Positions 26,220-40,006 of a DNA stretch of 64,000 nt are shown piece by piece; within the stretch, counting starts at the first letter, position 1, and each line of letters begins with the position of its first letter. The notes under the pieces were generated by a model, which ran no database searches, was not told the origin of the DNA, and saw only the letters and a list, made by a program, of their open reading frames with translations. This stretch comes from Camelus dromedarius (lineage: Eukaryota), in NCBI RefSeq assembly GCF_036321535.1, contig NC_087447.1, positions 34,846,001 to 34,910,000 of the forward strand. The letters are read 5' to 3'. The position numbers were made by a program, and so were the translations under genes.

Positions 26220-26392
26220 CGCTAAGATGACCTTGTGAAAGTCTCTTACGTTACCTCAATTTCCTCATCTGTGAAATGGGGAAAATAAGTGTACCTACTT
26301 CACAGAATTGTCAGAAAGATTAAATGAGAAAAAGCATGCAAAGCCCCTCAACCAATATTTGACATAAGAAGGAATCAATAAATGTTAACTAT
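26220..26392. mobile_element. MIR (representative; others at ~990-1165, 27800-28040, 31270-31420, 43255-43350, 54900-55320, 56580-57110, 63150-63350)
   Basis: Core cctcaatttcctcatctgtgaaatgggg...aataaatgtta. Confidence 0.8.
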
Positions 26393-28178
26393 TAAAACGT
26401 TTGCCACTCTCCACTCCTGTGATCTTGGGCAAGTCTTTCACCATCTGGGGCTCTGTTTCCTCACACAAAACGGAAAATATATGAGTTTCTCCTCTCAGGC
26501 TAGAGGAGAATTGGGCAAGAGCCCCCCACCCGCACTCCCCAGGCCTTCTTGTATACTGCACTGAAGGAGCTGGCCTGAGGAACAGCTATGAAGCTAGAAG
26601 GCTTGGTTTCTGCTCTTGGGAAAATCTAGTGGGGCAATGGAAACAGAAAACACTGGAGCTTTTTCTAGACCAGCACTTAATACAGTCTTTGTAATTATTC
26701 TTTAATGTATCTGTTGCCAAACCAAATCTTTGGAAGTTAAATCGGAAAAGAATTGAAAACATTATGACTCCCTTGTTCTATTAAAATAGTTCTAAATCAT
26801 AAAATATGTGTCTAGAAATCGAATAAAGTGCTGGTTTTTCCTATGATAAATACTGTAATACAATGTAATTGTGAATTTTTACTATTATTATTATTGTTCT
26901 TTTTATAGTGCCCCTGCCTGTTGGGCACACCCAACCCTAAATGCCCCCAAAGACCCATGTCTTTGAGAGTGGGACCTTGTTGTATCTAGCATAACAATGG
27001 GACATGGAAAGTGCTTGGTACAATTTTATTAAGTGGATGGGTGGTTGGATAGATGTGTCATCAATTTCTATGATGCAAGGAAGGACAAATTGAGTGACAA
27101 ATAGAAGTGCAAGCAAACTTCCCTCAAGAGCGAGAGGAGCAAGCAATTAATTTGGACAGGCTCGACTGAAACACTGGGCAAGGCTTCACAGAGGAGCGAG
27201 CCTTTCAGTGTGGTCATTTTGCTTAACTAACAAGAGCTCTGTGTATCTACGACTTACTAAGTATCATCACCCTGATGGTGTTTTTGTATGTAGTATGTCT
27301 CATCTGTGAGATGGGTGTTATTTTCCCCATCTCCCAGAAGGAAAAACTGTAGTTCAGACCGATTTCATAAACCCCAAGTCACTCAGCTGATAAGTAGTAG
27401 AGGGAGGATTCAAACCCAGGGCGCTTACAGCGTAGTGCTTTGGCTGAGGTGGTTTGATTGTTTCACTTTCAAGGACTGATTTAAAAGATGTTTTTTAACT
27501 TGAGGCTTGAAATCTGCTGTTTCAATCCTTCTTCATTGATATCCTAACATATCCCAAGAAGATTCGGAACAAATAAATCTCAACACTCTTCTCTTTAGCA
27601 AGATTCCTGCCTCCCTCTGTTCATTTGTTTCATGCCTCTACTGAGATAATTAAAACGGGGATAAGTGTCTCCATAACTAGTGGCTATATGAAAGCAAACC
27701 CATTGAGCCCTCAAAGTGTGATCATTACCTCTCATCTTTGAAAATGCCTTTGGCTTGTAGACATACCCCTGGAGAATAGCATGATGGGTAGGAACATGCT
27801 CCTGGAGCTGAATCCAAATCCATGCCTGGGTCCGAATCCCAGAGCCAGCACGGAGTTGCCTCATGCACTTGGGCAGGTTGCTCGATCTCTTTGTGTTCCA
27901 GTTTCCTCATCTGTAAAAATGGGACAATAACAATGTTTACTTCACAGGGCTGTTGAGAGAATTCATTGAGCTATTGTACAGAAAGTACTTAGAAGAGTGC
28001 TGGTACGCAATAGGCACTACGTAAGGGTTGGCTGTTATCATCATCATCACTGTCCCCAGCAGCAGGGCTAGTTGCAGAGGGTCCCCAGTGGACCAGCTGG
28101 ATGGTGTTGTGGAAAAGCCCTAAGGCAGAGATTCTGCAGAACTGGGTTCCCATCCAAACTTTGCCATTATTTACTGTG

Positions 28179-28571
28179 TGTATCTATTTGCTTAGGGCTG
28201 CCATAACAAAGCACCACAGGCTGAGTGGCTTAAACAATAGAATTTATTTTCTCACGATTCTAGAGGCCAGAGTCCACGATCATGACGCCGGTAGGGATGT
28301 CTCTTCTGAGGCCTCTCTGCTTGGCTGGCAGATGTCTGTCTTCTTCCTGTGTCTTCACATCATCTTCCCTTGGTGCATGTTGTCTGTGCCCTAATCTCCT
28401 CCTTTTATAAGGTCACTAGTCATAATGGATTAGGGCCCTGTCACATGACCTCATCTTAATATACCTCTTTAAAGATCCTACTTCCAAATACAGTCACACT
28501 CGGAGGTACTAGGTGTTAAGACTTCAATAGAGGAATCTGGGGAGGAGGGGAACAAATTTCAGCCAAAAACA
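28179..28571. mobile_element. MaLR (MLT1-type) solo LTR inserted into a MIR
   Basis: tgtatct...agggctgccataacaaagcaccacaggctgagtggcttaaacaa...aaaca; 5-bp TSD ctgtg at 28174-28178 and 28572-28576; MIR halves on both sides. Confidence 0.85.
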
Positions 28572-30224
28572 CTGTGTGACTCTGGCAAATCACTTTCCCT
28601 CTCTGTGACAGTTTCCTTATTTGTAAAATGGGCCTGAGTACAGCAGCAGGAACACTAACCCTAACCTCGATGGTCCCTCAGGGATCAGGAAATGTCCCCA
28701 GCTGAGACTAAGCTCTACCTCTTCAATCCCTACAGCACTTTTTAACATCTTTTTTAGATGACACTAATTTCCTCGTTCTGAAAATATGTACTGAGTTCCT
28801 ACTGTGGACCAAGCACCATTCAGCACTGGAGATTCAATATATGGAACAAGACAAAAAACCTATCTCCTGGCTTCCTGGGTCTTACTGTCCAGCAGCAAGA
28901 GACAGACACTAATCAAACAGGCTCCCAAATACTGATCTCTTAGGTAGTTCTTGGGTAGATCCTCTTTCCTCTACTTGGTGGTGGGCTTCTGGTGCACATC
29001 CATCTTTTGTCCCACGCCATACTTTGTACAAGGTCTGGCATGTGGTAAAGCCTTAAAAGAAGTGCTGTCCAAACAATTGGATGAATGAATGAATACAGCT
29101 CAAGTGATCGTTTACAAAAGCAAATCAAAGGCAGTTCAACTCCATAAATCACTCTAAGAAGTGCTGACTGCACAATGTCTAACAATCCCTGGCTTTGAAA
29201 AAATTTCCACATTAAGGTTTACTAATCTCTGCTGTTACACTACGGGCAGCAACTGATTTAGTTCTGACTGAACTTTTCATTCTGGCCTCGTTTCTTCCAT
29301 GGCCCTAGAAAGGAAGGACAGGGGGCAATTTTTTTTTTTTTTGAAATGGAGGCTCAATTATTTCAATGTTGGCACCAAAGTGACCCTTTGGAATGTAAAA
29401 AAAACAAAAAAAAAAACAAAAAAAACCACACAGCATAGAGATTCACACAGACACCAGGTAGGAAACCCCAAGACTCCCTGGTCTAGCCAGCAGGGCTGGG
29501 GTGGGGATGAGTGCTTGCTGGGAACATTTTAGGCAACAAATGTTGATTGAGCTGCTAATGTGGGCCAGATATGGGCTAAAACACATGAGTGCAGTGGTGA
29601 ACAGCACTGCCTCTGCTCTTCAGAAGTTCAAGGTTTTCGGGGAGGAGGGCAGATACTGATAGAGATAAACAGATCTTTTTAAAAGAAGAAGTAACAGTGT
29701 TAAGTGCTTACAAGGAAAAGTGCCAAGAATGTAACCCAGGGACTCGCGTTAGCCTGGGGGACAGGATAGGGTAAAGGATTCTTTTCATAATTCATAAACT
29801 TAGCTCAAAAGGACTTTCCCAACTTCCTCTATTTATAAATGGGGAACCTGGGGCTCAGGGAGGGAAGTGACTTGTCCAAGATCACCTTGAGAATTAGCGG
29901 TAAAGATAGGATGAGGGCAACTCTTCTGACCCACTCATGGCTAACTCACAAGCCCTTAAGTAGCCTCAGCTTTCTAAACATAACCAACCTCGTGGATTTT
30001 CAGGGCTGGGGTTCAGAGCAGGGATTGTTTAGAAGTCTCACTCGATCTTTGTCTTCTATCTTTGAGAAAGTTTACTGTTAAAAAGAGTGACTCTTTACCT
30101 TCGTTTATATACAAATCATCAAGATCTGGTAATGAGATGCTTTAAGAACCACAGTAATAGGGTCTGGGTTAGGAGGACAAGGGGCACATTTTATTTTTAC
30201 TTGCAAATTAGCCTGATTCATATG

Positions 30225-30262
30225 GTGTGTGTGTGTATGTGTGTGTGAGAGAGAGAGAGAGA
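30225..30262. repeat. Compound (TG)n(GA)n microsatellite
   Basis: gtgtgtgtgtgtatgtgtgtgtgagagagagagagaga. Confidence 0.9.
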
Positions 30263-32588
30263 AGTTGAAGCAGGAAGTATTATTTTCTGGTTGCTATTTT
30301 GAGTCTTAGTCACCTGATTGCAGTCATCACACGTTTAAATACCTACTCCTATGGAAAATTTTCTGGATGTATCCAAATCGTGACAGCAACTCTCAGGATT
30401 GGGTAATAAATCTACCTTGACCCTAGTACAGTATGGCGGGAGCCCTGCCCCCACATCCTCTATATCCATCCATCACAGCTCTGTATTTATGGGTTTATAT
30501 TATACCTATCACCCTTAGTCTCTGTGCTCCTGGAAGACACTTAAGTATCACTTCCTTGGGAAGACCTTCCTGGACTCCCAGACCAGGATAGGACCCTAGT
30601 AAGTGCCCCATAGCACCGATAATTCTTCTAACAGCACCCATGGAACATTGTTGAATTCACGTTTTGAACATCTATCTTCTCTACGTACCATAAACAGTTC
30701 TGTGAGTATGGGACCTGCCCTGTCTCAGCCATAGATACAATGCATCACACAGAACCCAGTCCCTAGTCCCTAGCAGCCACTCATTACTCAGTTGTTGAAT
30801 GAATAAACAACCCTATAGTATTCATTTTTATTTATATTCCAGGCACCTAACACATTTCCCAAACCAGGCTAAATGCTCAAAAAAATGTTGACTTGAGCTA
30901 AAGAATCCCATTGATGGCTCTATTCAGTTTGCAAAACACCCTTGTTTCTTTTAGATTGAGACTCATAACATCCCTGTGAAGTAAACAAAGCAGGGATTAG
31001 CCTCTCATTTTATAGACTTGGGCTCAGGGAGCTTTAGCAATTGCCCCCAGGCATCAGGCTAAAGCCTGTGGAAGAGCCCAGGCCCAGAAAATCCAATGAC
31101 AAGGGCAGGGCTGTCTATGTCCTATGTGACAGGAGTTAAGTTCAGGGTCTAGGAACTGGCTACAAGTTCAGGGGCTTTCAAAACCTCATGCAGGTATTTT
31201 TTCAAAGGTATTTTCAAATTCCTGCATACTTGGGGGAATCAAGGGGGGATATGAGTTTTAGAGGCTCACTTTCTTAGCAAGAAAATTTACCACTTTGAGC
31301 CTCCATGCTTTCATCTGTGAAATGGGAATAATAATAGACCCTACTTCATAGAGTGGTTGTAAGGATGAAATGAATGACTGTGTGTAATGTGCATGCCGTA
31401 AGTGCTATATAAATGTTAGCTGTTACTAGGTACAAAGGCAACTGAGAAAACCTGAGATCTTAGGGAGAACTCCGCCTTAACATTGATCATGACCCAATTC
31501 TGGAATATTCATGACTTTATAGGAAATATGACCAATGTTCCACTGGCCAGTATTTACTCCTTATTTCACTAGACATTGGGTTGTGACATTTGATAAAAGT
31601 AATTGTCCTTCTCTTTCCTCCACCACCCTATCCTGCACACTAAACTATGTTAGTGAGAAAGGCAACATTTCCCTCAGCTCTGCCTTCACTAGAGGACAAG
31701 ACCCTGTTTAAATCTGCTGTTAGTGGCTGCCTGTCGGGCTCCAGTTATAGTAACAGAGTGGTGTCCATGGTAACCGGCCAAGCTGGCTTGCTGTGGTGCA
31801 AGTTGTTCAAGAATATACAAGAAGGGCCCATCAGAGGCTGAACTGGTTAACTGTCATCTCGGTTTCTAAATGAAAGAATTCCACACCATGCTTTGGTTAG
31901 CTGGTGAATCCAGACAAAATCTGGATTTTCTAAGCAGAAGACACTGAGTTCATTCCCAAAGCCACTGAGTTCCTGATGAATCTGACCACTAGAGGTATGG
32001 GTTATTGGCAAGGGCAGTAGTAGGTGAGATGGCAGGAGGGGCAGAATGCTGAATAAAATGATAGAGTGAAATTCTGCCCCTCCCTTGAACTTTCTGTGGC
32101 TCCCTATTGTCTACTTCAAAGTCTTTTGTGAGACTAGAGTTAAGCACTGAGATGCTCTCAAGAACTAAGGTAGCCAGGGTCACTATTTTCTCTCTCTTGT
32201 CTCTGTGCCTCTAGACATCTGTCCTGTTCCTTCTATTTTTTCATGGTTCCTACTTCCCCACAACGTCTGCCTGCATGTGACATTGACACCAACCCTGAGT
32301 CTACAAGATTTTACAGACCTGGCACCTGCTAGTCACTGTCCGTATGCCTCCTCATTCAGACTTTTGAGAAAAATAATCCATTTGGTTATTATTCAGTGGC
32401 TCAGATGGCCCTCAGTCACTTATCTACCCTGACCAGTCAGCTGTGATGAGTAGCTTGTTTTTGCCATGATCACCAAGGGATTTAGCAAGGACTATAGGTA
32501 AGGACAATTCGCAGAGAAGGGGACATACACCTGAAATTCCCTGAATTAGACATCTAGTTGTCTTTATAAGTAAATACATTCATCAGGA

Positions 32589-33010
32589 TGTATTAGTCTC
32601 CTCAGGCTACCATAACAAAACACCAGACTGGGTGACTTAGAAGAACTGAAATTTGTTCTCTCACAGTTCTGAAGGCTAGAAGTCCTAAATCAAGGTGTAG
32701 GCTGGGCTGTGCTCTCTCTGAAGGCTCTAGGGGAGGATCCTTCCTTGCCTACTCTTTCCTTGGTTTGTGGGCACATCACTCTGATCTCTACCTCCTTCCT
32801 GGCACTCTCCCTGTGTCTCCATCTGTGTCCAAATATCCCTCTTCTTAATAAAGACAGTCACTGGATTAGGACCCACTCTGATCCTGCATGAGCTCATCTT
32901 ACCTTGACTGTATCTGCAAATACCCTATTTCCAAATAAGGCCATGTTCACAGGTGCCAGGAGTTAGGACTTCAACATAACTTCTAAGGGGACACAGTTCA
33001 ACCCACAACA
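32589..33010. mobile_element. MaLR (MLT1-type) solo LTR
   Basis: tgtattagtctcctcaggctaccataacaaaa...ggggacacagttcaacccacaaca. Confidence 0.85.
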
Positions 33011-34422
33011 GAGGGTAAGGAAAATAAAGAGAATTAGTTTAATCCAAGTGCACCTGTCGGGAGGTCCTGGGAAAACACCAGTTTTGATTTGAAAGTAGGC
33101 AGACATGAGCTAGAGGTAATACTGAGGCTAGGGGCACTTCCTGGAGGGAGAGGCCATGGTAGAGTGGGATAATGAGGGACAACTAGTAGGCAGTGAAGGG
33201 AACAGGGTTCCCGGGTGGTTGGGAAACAAAAGCATAAGGACACAGGAGAAGATAGACTTCACTTATACCGAAACATGGCCCAGGACCTGCTGAGAGGGGT
33301 CACAGAAATCCAGAACCAACTCCACATAACACCTGGAACAGTAGCTCTTAAATAATAGGCATGCAGAGGAGAGGGGGAGAGAGAGGAAGAAGGAGGAGGT
33401 GAGGGTGGGGGAGGAGGAGAAAGACTGGATGTGCTGCACAAAGTTTCCCACCCCCCTGGGGCTGGAGGGACTGCCATGGTCCACGTCCACAGCATCCCAC
33501 CCTGGTGCTTCCCTCACTGTATCATAACCACTGGCTGCCTTGTCCGCCTCTGCCTCTAGTCTGTGACTTGGCGAGTGAAGGGGCTGTGTCCTTTCTGTTC
33601 ACCACTGCATCCCCAGAGCTAGCACAAAGCCTTCGACGTGCAAGCACACAGTTAGGCATGGTGATAACATGCAAGCAAGGCAATAAAGATTGTCAGAAGC
33701 CCAGCCTAAGGCCTGGCTGACAAGGTTAGGGAGGAAAAGAGGACAAAGGGCTATAAATTGGAGGTGAACCCAGGGCAATATGGTTCCTAATTTCAGTTAG
33801 TCACCTGACTCATTTTCAAATTCCACACAGGCCCTGCCTCCCTCAGGATTGGTTCAGGAGCAGAGCAGTCACCTTTGCTGGGGACAGCGATGATAAAACC
33901 CACGGCACAAGGCCTGACACCAGCTATATCAGGCCGGCGAGGCTGCGCATAACCCAACCAGGAGGAGTTCTGGGCTGGGATAGCCCCAAGGAGGGACAGA
34001 TTAGAGAGGAGAATCAAGACTAATGACCTGAATCCAGGGCACTAGAGGCCAGCCTCTAGCCGTGATCAGAGCTGGGTCACAGCCCCACAGAGGGCCTGAG
34101 GCCAGAGCCCCAGCTTTCCCTGGCCCCGCTTCCCCTCCATCAGAGTAGGCACTGGGCAGCCTGCAGATGTGTGGGGCGGTGAGGGGAGCCAGGCAGTCAG
34201 GAGGCACAGCTTTCAAATCCTTACACAGCCAGTTACTAGCTGAATCCCCTCTGGAGAGACAGCGAAGCTCTGTAGGTCTTGGTTTCCTCACCTGAAAATG
34301 GGACTTTGGACATAGCATGCCTGTGCTTAGGAATATGTGCCATGGAAACACCATTCATGTAGTTCCTTATATGCCACAGACGAGAAGGAAGGGAGTCCTG
34401 AGTGCCAAGGCCATGTTAGTTT

Positions 34423-35051
34423 TGTTACCGAACCCAACTTGGGTCCACCTGCCCATGCACAGTAAAGTCAACCTACTGACACCGGGCTGTGGTGAAGGAA
34501 AGTGCAGCGTTTATCACAGGGCACCAAGCAAGGAGTTCAGGTAACTAGTGCTTAAAAGGCCCGAAGTCCCTGAAGGCTTTCAGGGAAAGGTTTTTAAAGA
34601 CAAGGTGGTGGGGGTGGATGGTGGACTTGTTGGGCGCATGATCAGTTCAGGGGACGTGCTTCTAATGGGTTGGTGGTGAGGTAATGGGGAGTCAGCAACA
34701 TCAAGCTTCTGGTTCTAACCGGTCCGGGGTCTACGTGGACACAGTTCACTTCTTCCACCTGGTGGGGGTTTCGGTCTCTGCAAAACAGCTCCAAGGCTAT
34801 GGCTCAGAATATTATCTATAGCCCTTGAAGAGAAACTAAAGGTCCTTGACTTTAATGGCTAAACTATTATTTTGTCTTGCTTGATTATTTGCCTTGCTTT
34901 CTTCATTTTCTCACTTCTCTGATTAAATGTACTCTTTGGTACTCGGGGAAACCTAGGAGACTAAAGTTTTTCTACAGAAAATAGGCAGATGGAGGACGTG
35001 GTATGGGACAGTCTGTTCCAGGAAGGCCCCATAGGGTCCTGCTTGCTTATA
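34423..35051 (-). mobile_element. Solo ERV1-class LTR (~629 bp)
   Basis: Plus strand starts TGTTACC and ends ...cttata (degenerate terminal CA). 4-bp TSD gttt at 34419-34422 and 35052-35055. Degenerate poly(A) signal GATAAA on the minus strand near 34512. Confidence 0.8.
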
Positions 35052-37810
35052 GTTTGATCTCAGCCCCAAACATCTATGCACACGTATGGGTGACTCTCTT
35101 CATGGTGAAGGGCAAACTGGATTCCTCCCTCAGGAAGAAGAGGCAGTTCCATATCATAATCTTAGCACAGAGCCTGGGGTGATGGACCCACAGGCGGGCA
35201 AATGGAAACAAAAGTAAGCATCAACAAGATGCTTCTGAGTCGAGACACAGACTAGCCTCTCAGCTCACATCCCATCCGGATTCTTTTCCTCTGGCAATTC
35301 ACTCAGAGTCCAAGACAGAATATTAAAATCAGTAAAAATAGTGTCAAGCAGGAATTGTCTCAACTAGATAAATATGGAGTACTTTTTAAATGATAAATAT
35401 GAAACTAAAAACTCTGGAAAATTTGAAAGGGAGATTAAAATGTCAAGATGCCTAAAAGTTTGCAAAACGTCCCTATGGTGTATCTGATTACCAAAACATG
35501 TTTTTGTGGGTTTTTTTTTTAAACAATCAATGTGTCTTTTTGACTTTTTTTTTAATCAATAGTCTGGAATTGACCTGGAATCTTGGGTCAGCCTTGTGAG
35601 GATTCTAACTTCAGGAAATGGGGTGGGCAGAAAGCAAGGAGGAATTTCATAGTCAAAGGATCTGTAAAAACCTGCCACCCAATCTGCTTCTTGAGCCAGG
35701 ATTCTCTCACTCTCCCACCTCCCTTAAAAGCTGTTGTCACTGTCTCCTTTAACACCCACATTACCTTCCATCATTTTGGTTATATTGAGCAGAACTCTAC
35801 CTCACTCTAACTTTTACAGTTGGCCCTGTTTCTGCCTTAGGGAGCCATAAAAATTCCAGTGAATTCTCTCTTCCATCTCTGAGCCCATTAGATATTTGAA
35901 TGACTAATGACACCCTTAAGGGTGTTGTCATCCTGGTTAAACTTCCCCAGTTCTTTCAACCATTCCTCCATTAGCATGAAGACAAAGTAGGGGAAATGCT
36001 GCTGTTTGGGGAGCCAGACAGAGGTAGCTTTATACTCTGACTCTTGCCAAGTAACTGTGTACCCCTGGCCAAGTCACACAATATGTCTGGGACTCTACTA
36101 CTATTCTGTGAAGTCACAAAGAAGACTCGATAAGAGAGAATGTGTGTAAGACATCTGGTGTGCTTTGTATGATGGTAGGTGCCATTACTGTCATGGGACC
36201 AGGCAAAAGTTGTTCACAATCACTCTTCCTTCAGGAGAATTCTACATAAAAAAGGAATAGATGAGATATGTGGATGTGGGAAGAAAAACGGGGGGGGGTG
36301 GTGTGGCCTGGCCAAGGGAGCTGGGCAGAGAGGGGCTTTGAGTCAAAAAGGGTAGAAGAGACCAGTCACAAGAGGCCAAAGAAGATTCTGTAAAATGCAG
36401 ATGAAAAATGCCTACCTCAGAGTGACCGGCATCATGAGGAACAAATTATTCAATGTCTGCAAAAGTGCTTTTTAGAGTAAATGCTCCTCTGTGCTCCCAG
36501 AACACTTGATGCTTCACCCAATGTGTGATATGTCTTTCAATGTGTCTGTTTTTCTCTGCAGACCGTAAGTTCATTGTGGTGGGAAATGTTTTTTTCTGCT
36601 TAGCTCCCTCCTTCCATTGAGGAAGTACCTCCCCCTCACCCCAAGTGGTTCAGGTGGGACTGTCAATTTCAGCAGCCTGTGAACCATAGGGCTGAGTCCC
36701 TGAACCAGGCTTCACTAATCAACGTGCTGATTCAGTCCTTTGCCCAGAAGGATTGATCCAAAATGTGTGGGGAGGGGGTGACATGTGACTCACCCAAGGC
36801 CACCCAGAGTCCTTCCATGTAACTTGATCTATGGATGCTGGAAAAGACAGATTTCTTTCTTTTGAATGGTGAACTCTAAGAATATTAGCTTGGCATTACA
36901 ATTTATTCATTCAGCAGGTATTTACTGAGGGCCTAAATATCAGTCAGGGTTGGAAGGGTCCAGTTATGAGAACATATACCTCTCCAGATATTTTAAACAG
37001 AAAGAACTGAACATAGAGAAGTGACTATACAGTGTTAGAAGAGCTGAGAGAGAGAAAAAAAGGGAGGTCTCTGAGGTAACCTAAAGCTCAGTAACTGCTC
37101 GAAGAAGCTGCCACCCCTAAAGCTGGAAGAACAGGGCAGAGGTGGTGTTACCAGAGTTCAGACCTTGGGGAAAGAGGGCTTGGGGTGATGCTTTGAGCCA
37201 CAGAGGTTTCCCAAAGGTGACCAGTGCTAAGATGGTGATGGGGGCACTGTGTGCTGGTACTGGGACCATGTTGGAGATGTAGGCTCTAGGAAGAAGCCCC
37301 ACCTGCAGGTACCAAAGGCAGGTACCTGTTGCTCTCCACGCCTGCTGGAAGGATGTTAATAAAAGTCCAAAGCAGGAAAAGAGCCTCTTCCCTCCTCCTG
37401 TCTTATTGACAATCTCCCACCAGTATCGAACTGATAGATCCTATTGGCAGGAGAGTGTGGGGAATGTAGTTGCAGGGCCCAAGCCTCCCTAAAACATACA
37501 GCAGAACAAAGCAGAGTGGAAATGGTACTGAGAGAAATCAGACAAAAGAGCAGCCAAGTGCTATGTGCTAAGGCTTCTTCCATGGACTGAGGTTACGGCA
37601 GTAAGCAAGCCAGAAAAAGCCGTGCTCTTCAGGAACTTATCGCTGGAGGGGAAGAGTAGATGACACAAAAGCAAGCCTGAAACCAACAAGGTAGTGCAGC
37701 AGGGCACAAAGCATCACTTGGTCTTAGTGCATGTTTCCTAGGAGCTGAGTATGAGACAAGGATTAATACAAGAGTGATTTACTGAGGATGTACACTTAGG
37801 AACATAGGGA

Positions 37811-38265
37811 TGTGATGGTCAGTTTTATATGTCATCTTGGCTAGACTACAGCAACAAGTTGTTTGGTCAAACACTAGTCTACATGTTGCTGTAAAGGTAT
37901 TTTTAAGTTGTGATTAATATTTACAATCAATTGATTTTAAGTAAAGCAGATTACTCTACATAGTGTGGATGACCATCATCCAATCAGTTGAGGGCCTTAG
38001 GAGCAAAGATTGAGGTTTCCCAAAGGAAAAAAAATTCTGCCTCCAGTCTGCAACATACAAATCCCAACCTTCAGACAGAAGACTGCACGGCCAACTCTTA
38101 TCTGAAACTCCATCCTGCCAACTTGCCTTATGGATTTTGGACTTGCCAGCTCCAACAATCACATGAGCCAATTCCTCAAAATCAATCAATCAATTTCTCT
38201 CCCTCCCCCATCTATCCATAAATATCCTATTGCTTTTGTTTTTCTGGAGAATCTTGACTACTATA
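37811..38265 (+). mobile_element. MLT2 (ERVL) solo LTR nested in an older LTR
   Basis: tgtgatggtcagttttatatgtcatcttggctag...tttctggagaatcttgactactata. Confidence 0.8.
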
Positions 38266-38957
38266 GAGAGGAGGAAGAAACAAAGCAAGGATGTGACTTC
38301 AGCAAAGTCTGGTCTCAGCCCAATGCCATGAGGGACTCTGGAGTGTAAATTGCAGAGTTTGCCCCACCTTGAGGCGGAGGAGTTGGGCTTTGTACATCTA
38401 CATCAATCAGTCCCTGGGCAATCCTCTGGAGAAGGTTGTAGGTACCAGTTACACACATACTTCAACTACTGGGAATTTTATTTTTTTCTCTATTTGTTAT
38501 GATCATGGTATTTAAATTCCAGAGGGTAATGGAGACTTCTTGGAGGAATAAAGTATGATATCTCCATCATCCATTGACAAACTGTAAGAGATTTCTTTAA
38601 TTACAAAACTACCTGGGGGTCTTGAGGGATATGGGGCTTGGTTTAAGGATTTAGGAGGTCTGGTGTCAGGTTCCAGCTTGGCTAACTCACTGTGTGGTCT
38701 TAAAAACAAATGCTTGCCTTCTTTGAATTTTAACCTCTTGGGTATACCAGAGAGCTAGTGAGGACAGCAGAAAGTTCCACTCACCCAATTCCCCACTTAT
38801 ATACCCCCACATCTCTGCCCTTTGCTACTGCCAGATAAACAGCACTTCTGGAGGCTTCCCTGATCTCTCCAGGAAGTTCTCTGTTCTCTCTGAGGGTCCT
38901 GTATGCTCCTTTGTTATCACACAATTGCATTATCCCATAATGAACTCTTCACTTCAT

Positions 38958-39030
38958 AGCTGACCAACCATCCTTGTCTTCCTGGAATTGAGAGATGTCC
39001 TGGGACATGGGACTTTCAGCGCTAAAACTG
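38958..39030. mobile_element. MER94-like hAT fragment
   Basis: accaaccatcc...cctgggacatgggactttcagcgctaaaact. Confidence 0.55.
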
Positions 39031-39975
39031 AGGCTGGTTTTCACCCAACTTTTCTTTGTTTCCCACTGACAATGAGTCCCTGGAGATATATGATCCCATC
39101 CTACTCAACCTGGTTGTTCCCTCACAGTTCTTACACAAAGCAGATGCTTGTTGTTTGCTTTTTTTACTCCACTTAAGTTCAGAACCCATTAAAAGAGACA
39201 CACACACAAGTCAGACACATAGAGATAAAATACCGGCTTTGTTAGTGATGAAAACCAATATTAGAGAAAGAGATTTAGGTCTGCTAGTCAACAGACTTCT
39301 AATACTTCACCCCCTTAATCAGAGACTTACCCAATCACAATTCCTGGGAGTCCTGGACCACTGCAAGCATCTGAGTGTCTGGGTGCCTGGAGTGGACCAG
39401 AAGGGATGCTCCCTACAGGCAGGCAGATCCCAAAGGGAAGAGCAAGAGGCTGAGCTGTAGGTACAAAGCTTGGTTCCCAAACTCTCTTGTCAGAAAGTCA
39501 TTCCTCCTTCCTTTCAGGATGGGGAGAGGGATAGGCAGGGAGGGTGGAGAGAAGCCACATGAAAGCACAAAGCTAGGTGAAAGGAGAGTTTCCATATGAA
39601 TTGATTGAATGAAGAAATCAATAAGGAATTAACAAGTTGCCCATGCTGCTCATTCTTCATCTACCATTTGAGCATGTGTTGGGGAGTCTGGAGCTGTAGC
39701 AGGGTAGAGGCTGTTCACTACAAAAACCATCTTCATCAGGCCTGCCCCTCAAGGCCCAAAGCACTGAGAGAACAATGGACAGTGGCATGTTGATCACGTG
39801 CTGAGATATCTCTCAACTGCTGATCTGACTACACAAGAACGTTCCTAAACTGTCCTCTGTGCGGGCTGCCATAGCTTTCACCAGTCATACCTCCTCAGGG
39901 CTTACCAGAGCCATATTGAGAATGTAGTCTTTTTTTTCAGGACTTTGCAGCTACTAAAATAAATTACCCAGCCTC

Positions 39976-40002
<27 letters not shown>
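39976..40002. repeat. A27 homopolymer
   Basis: Uninterrupted A run. Confidence 0.9.
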
Positions 40003-40006
<4 letters not shown>

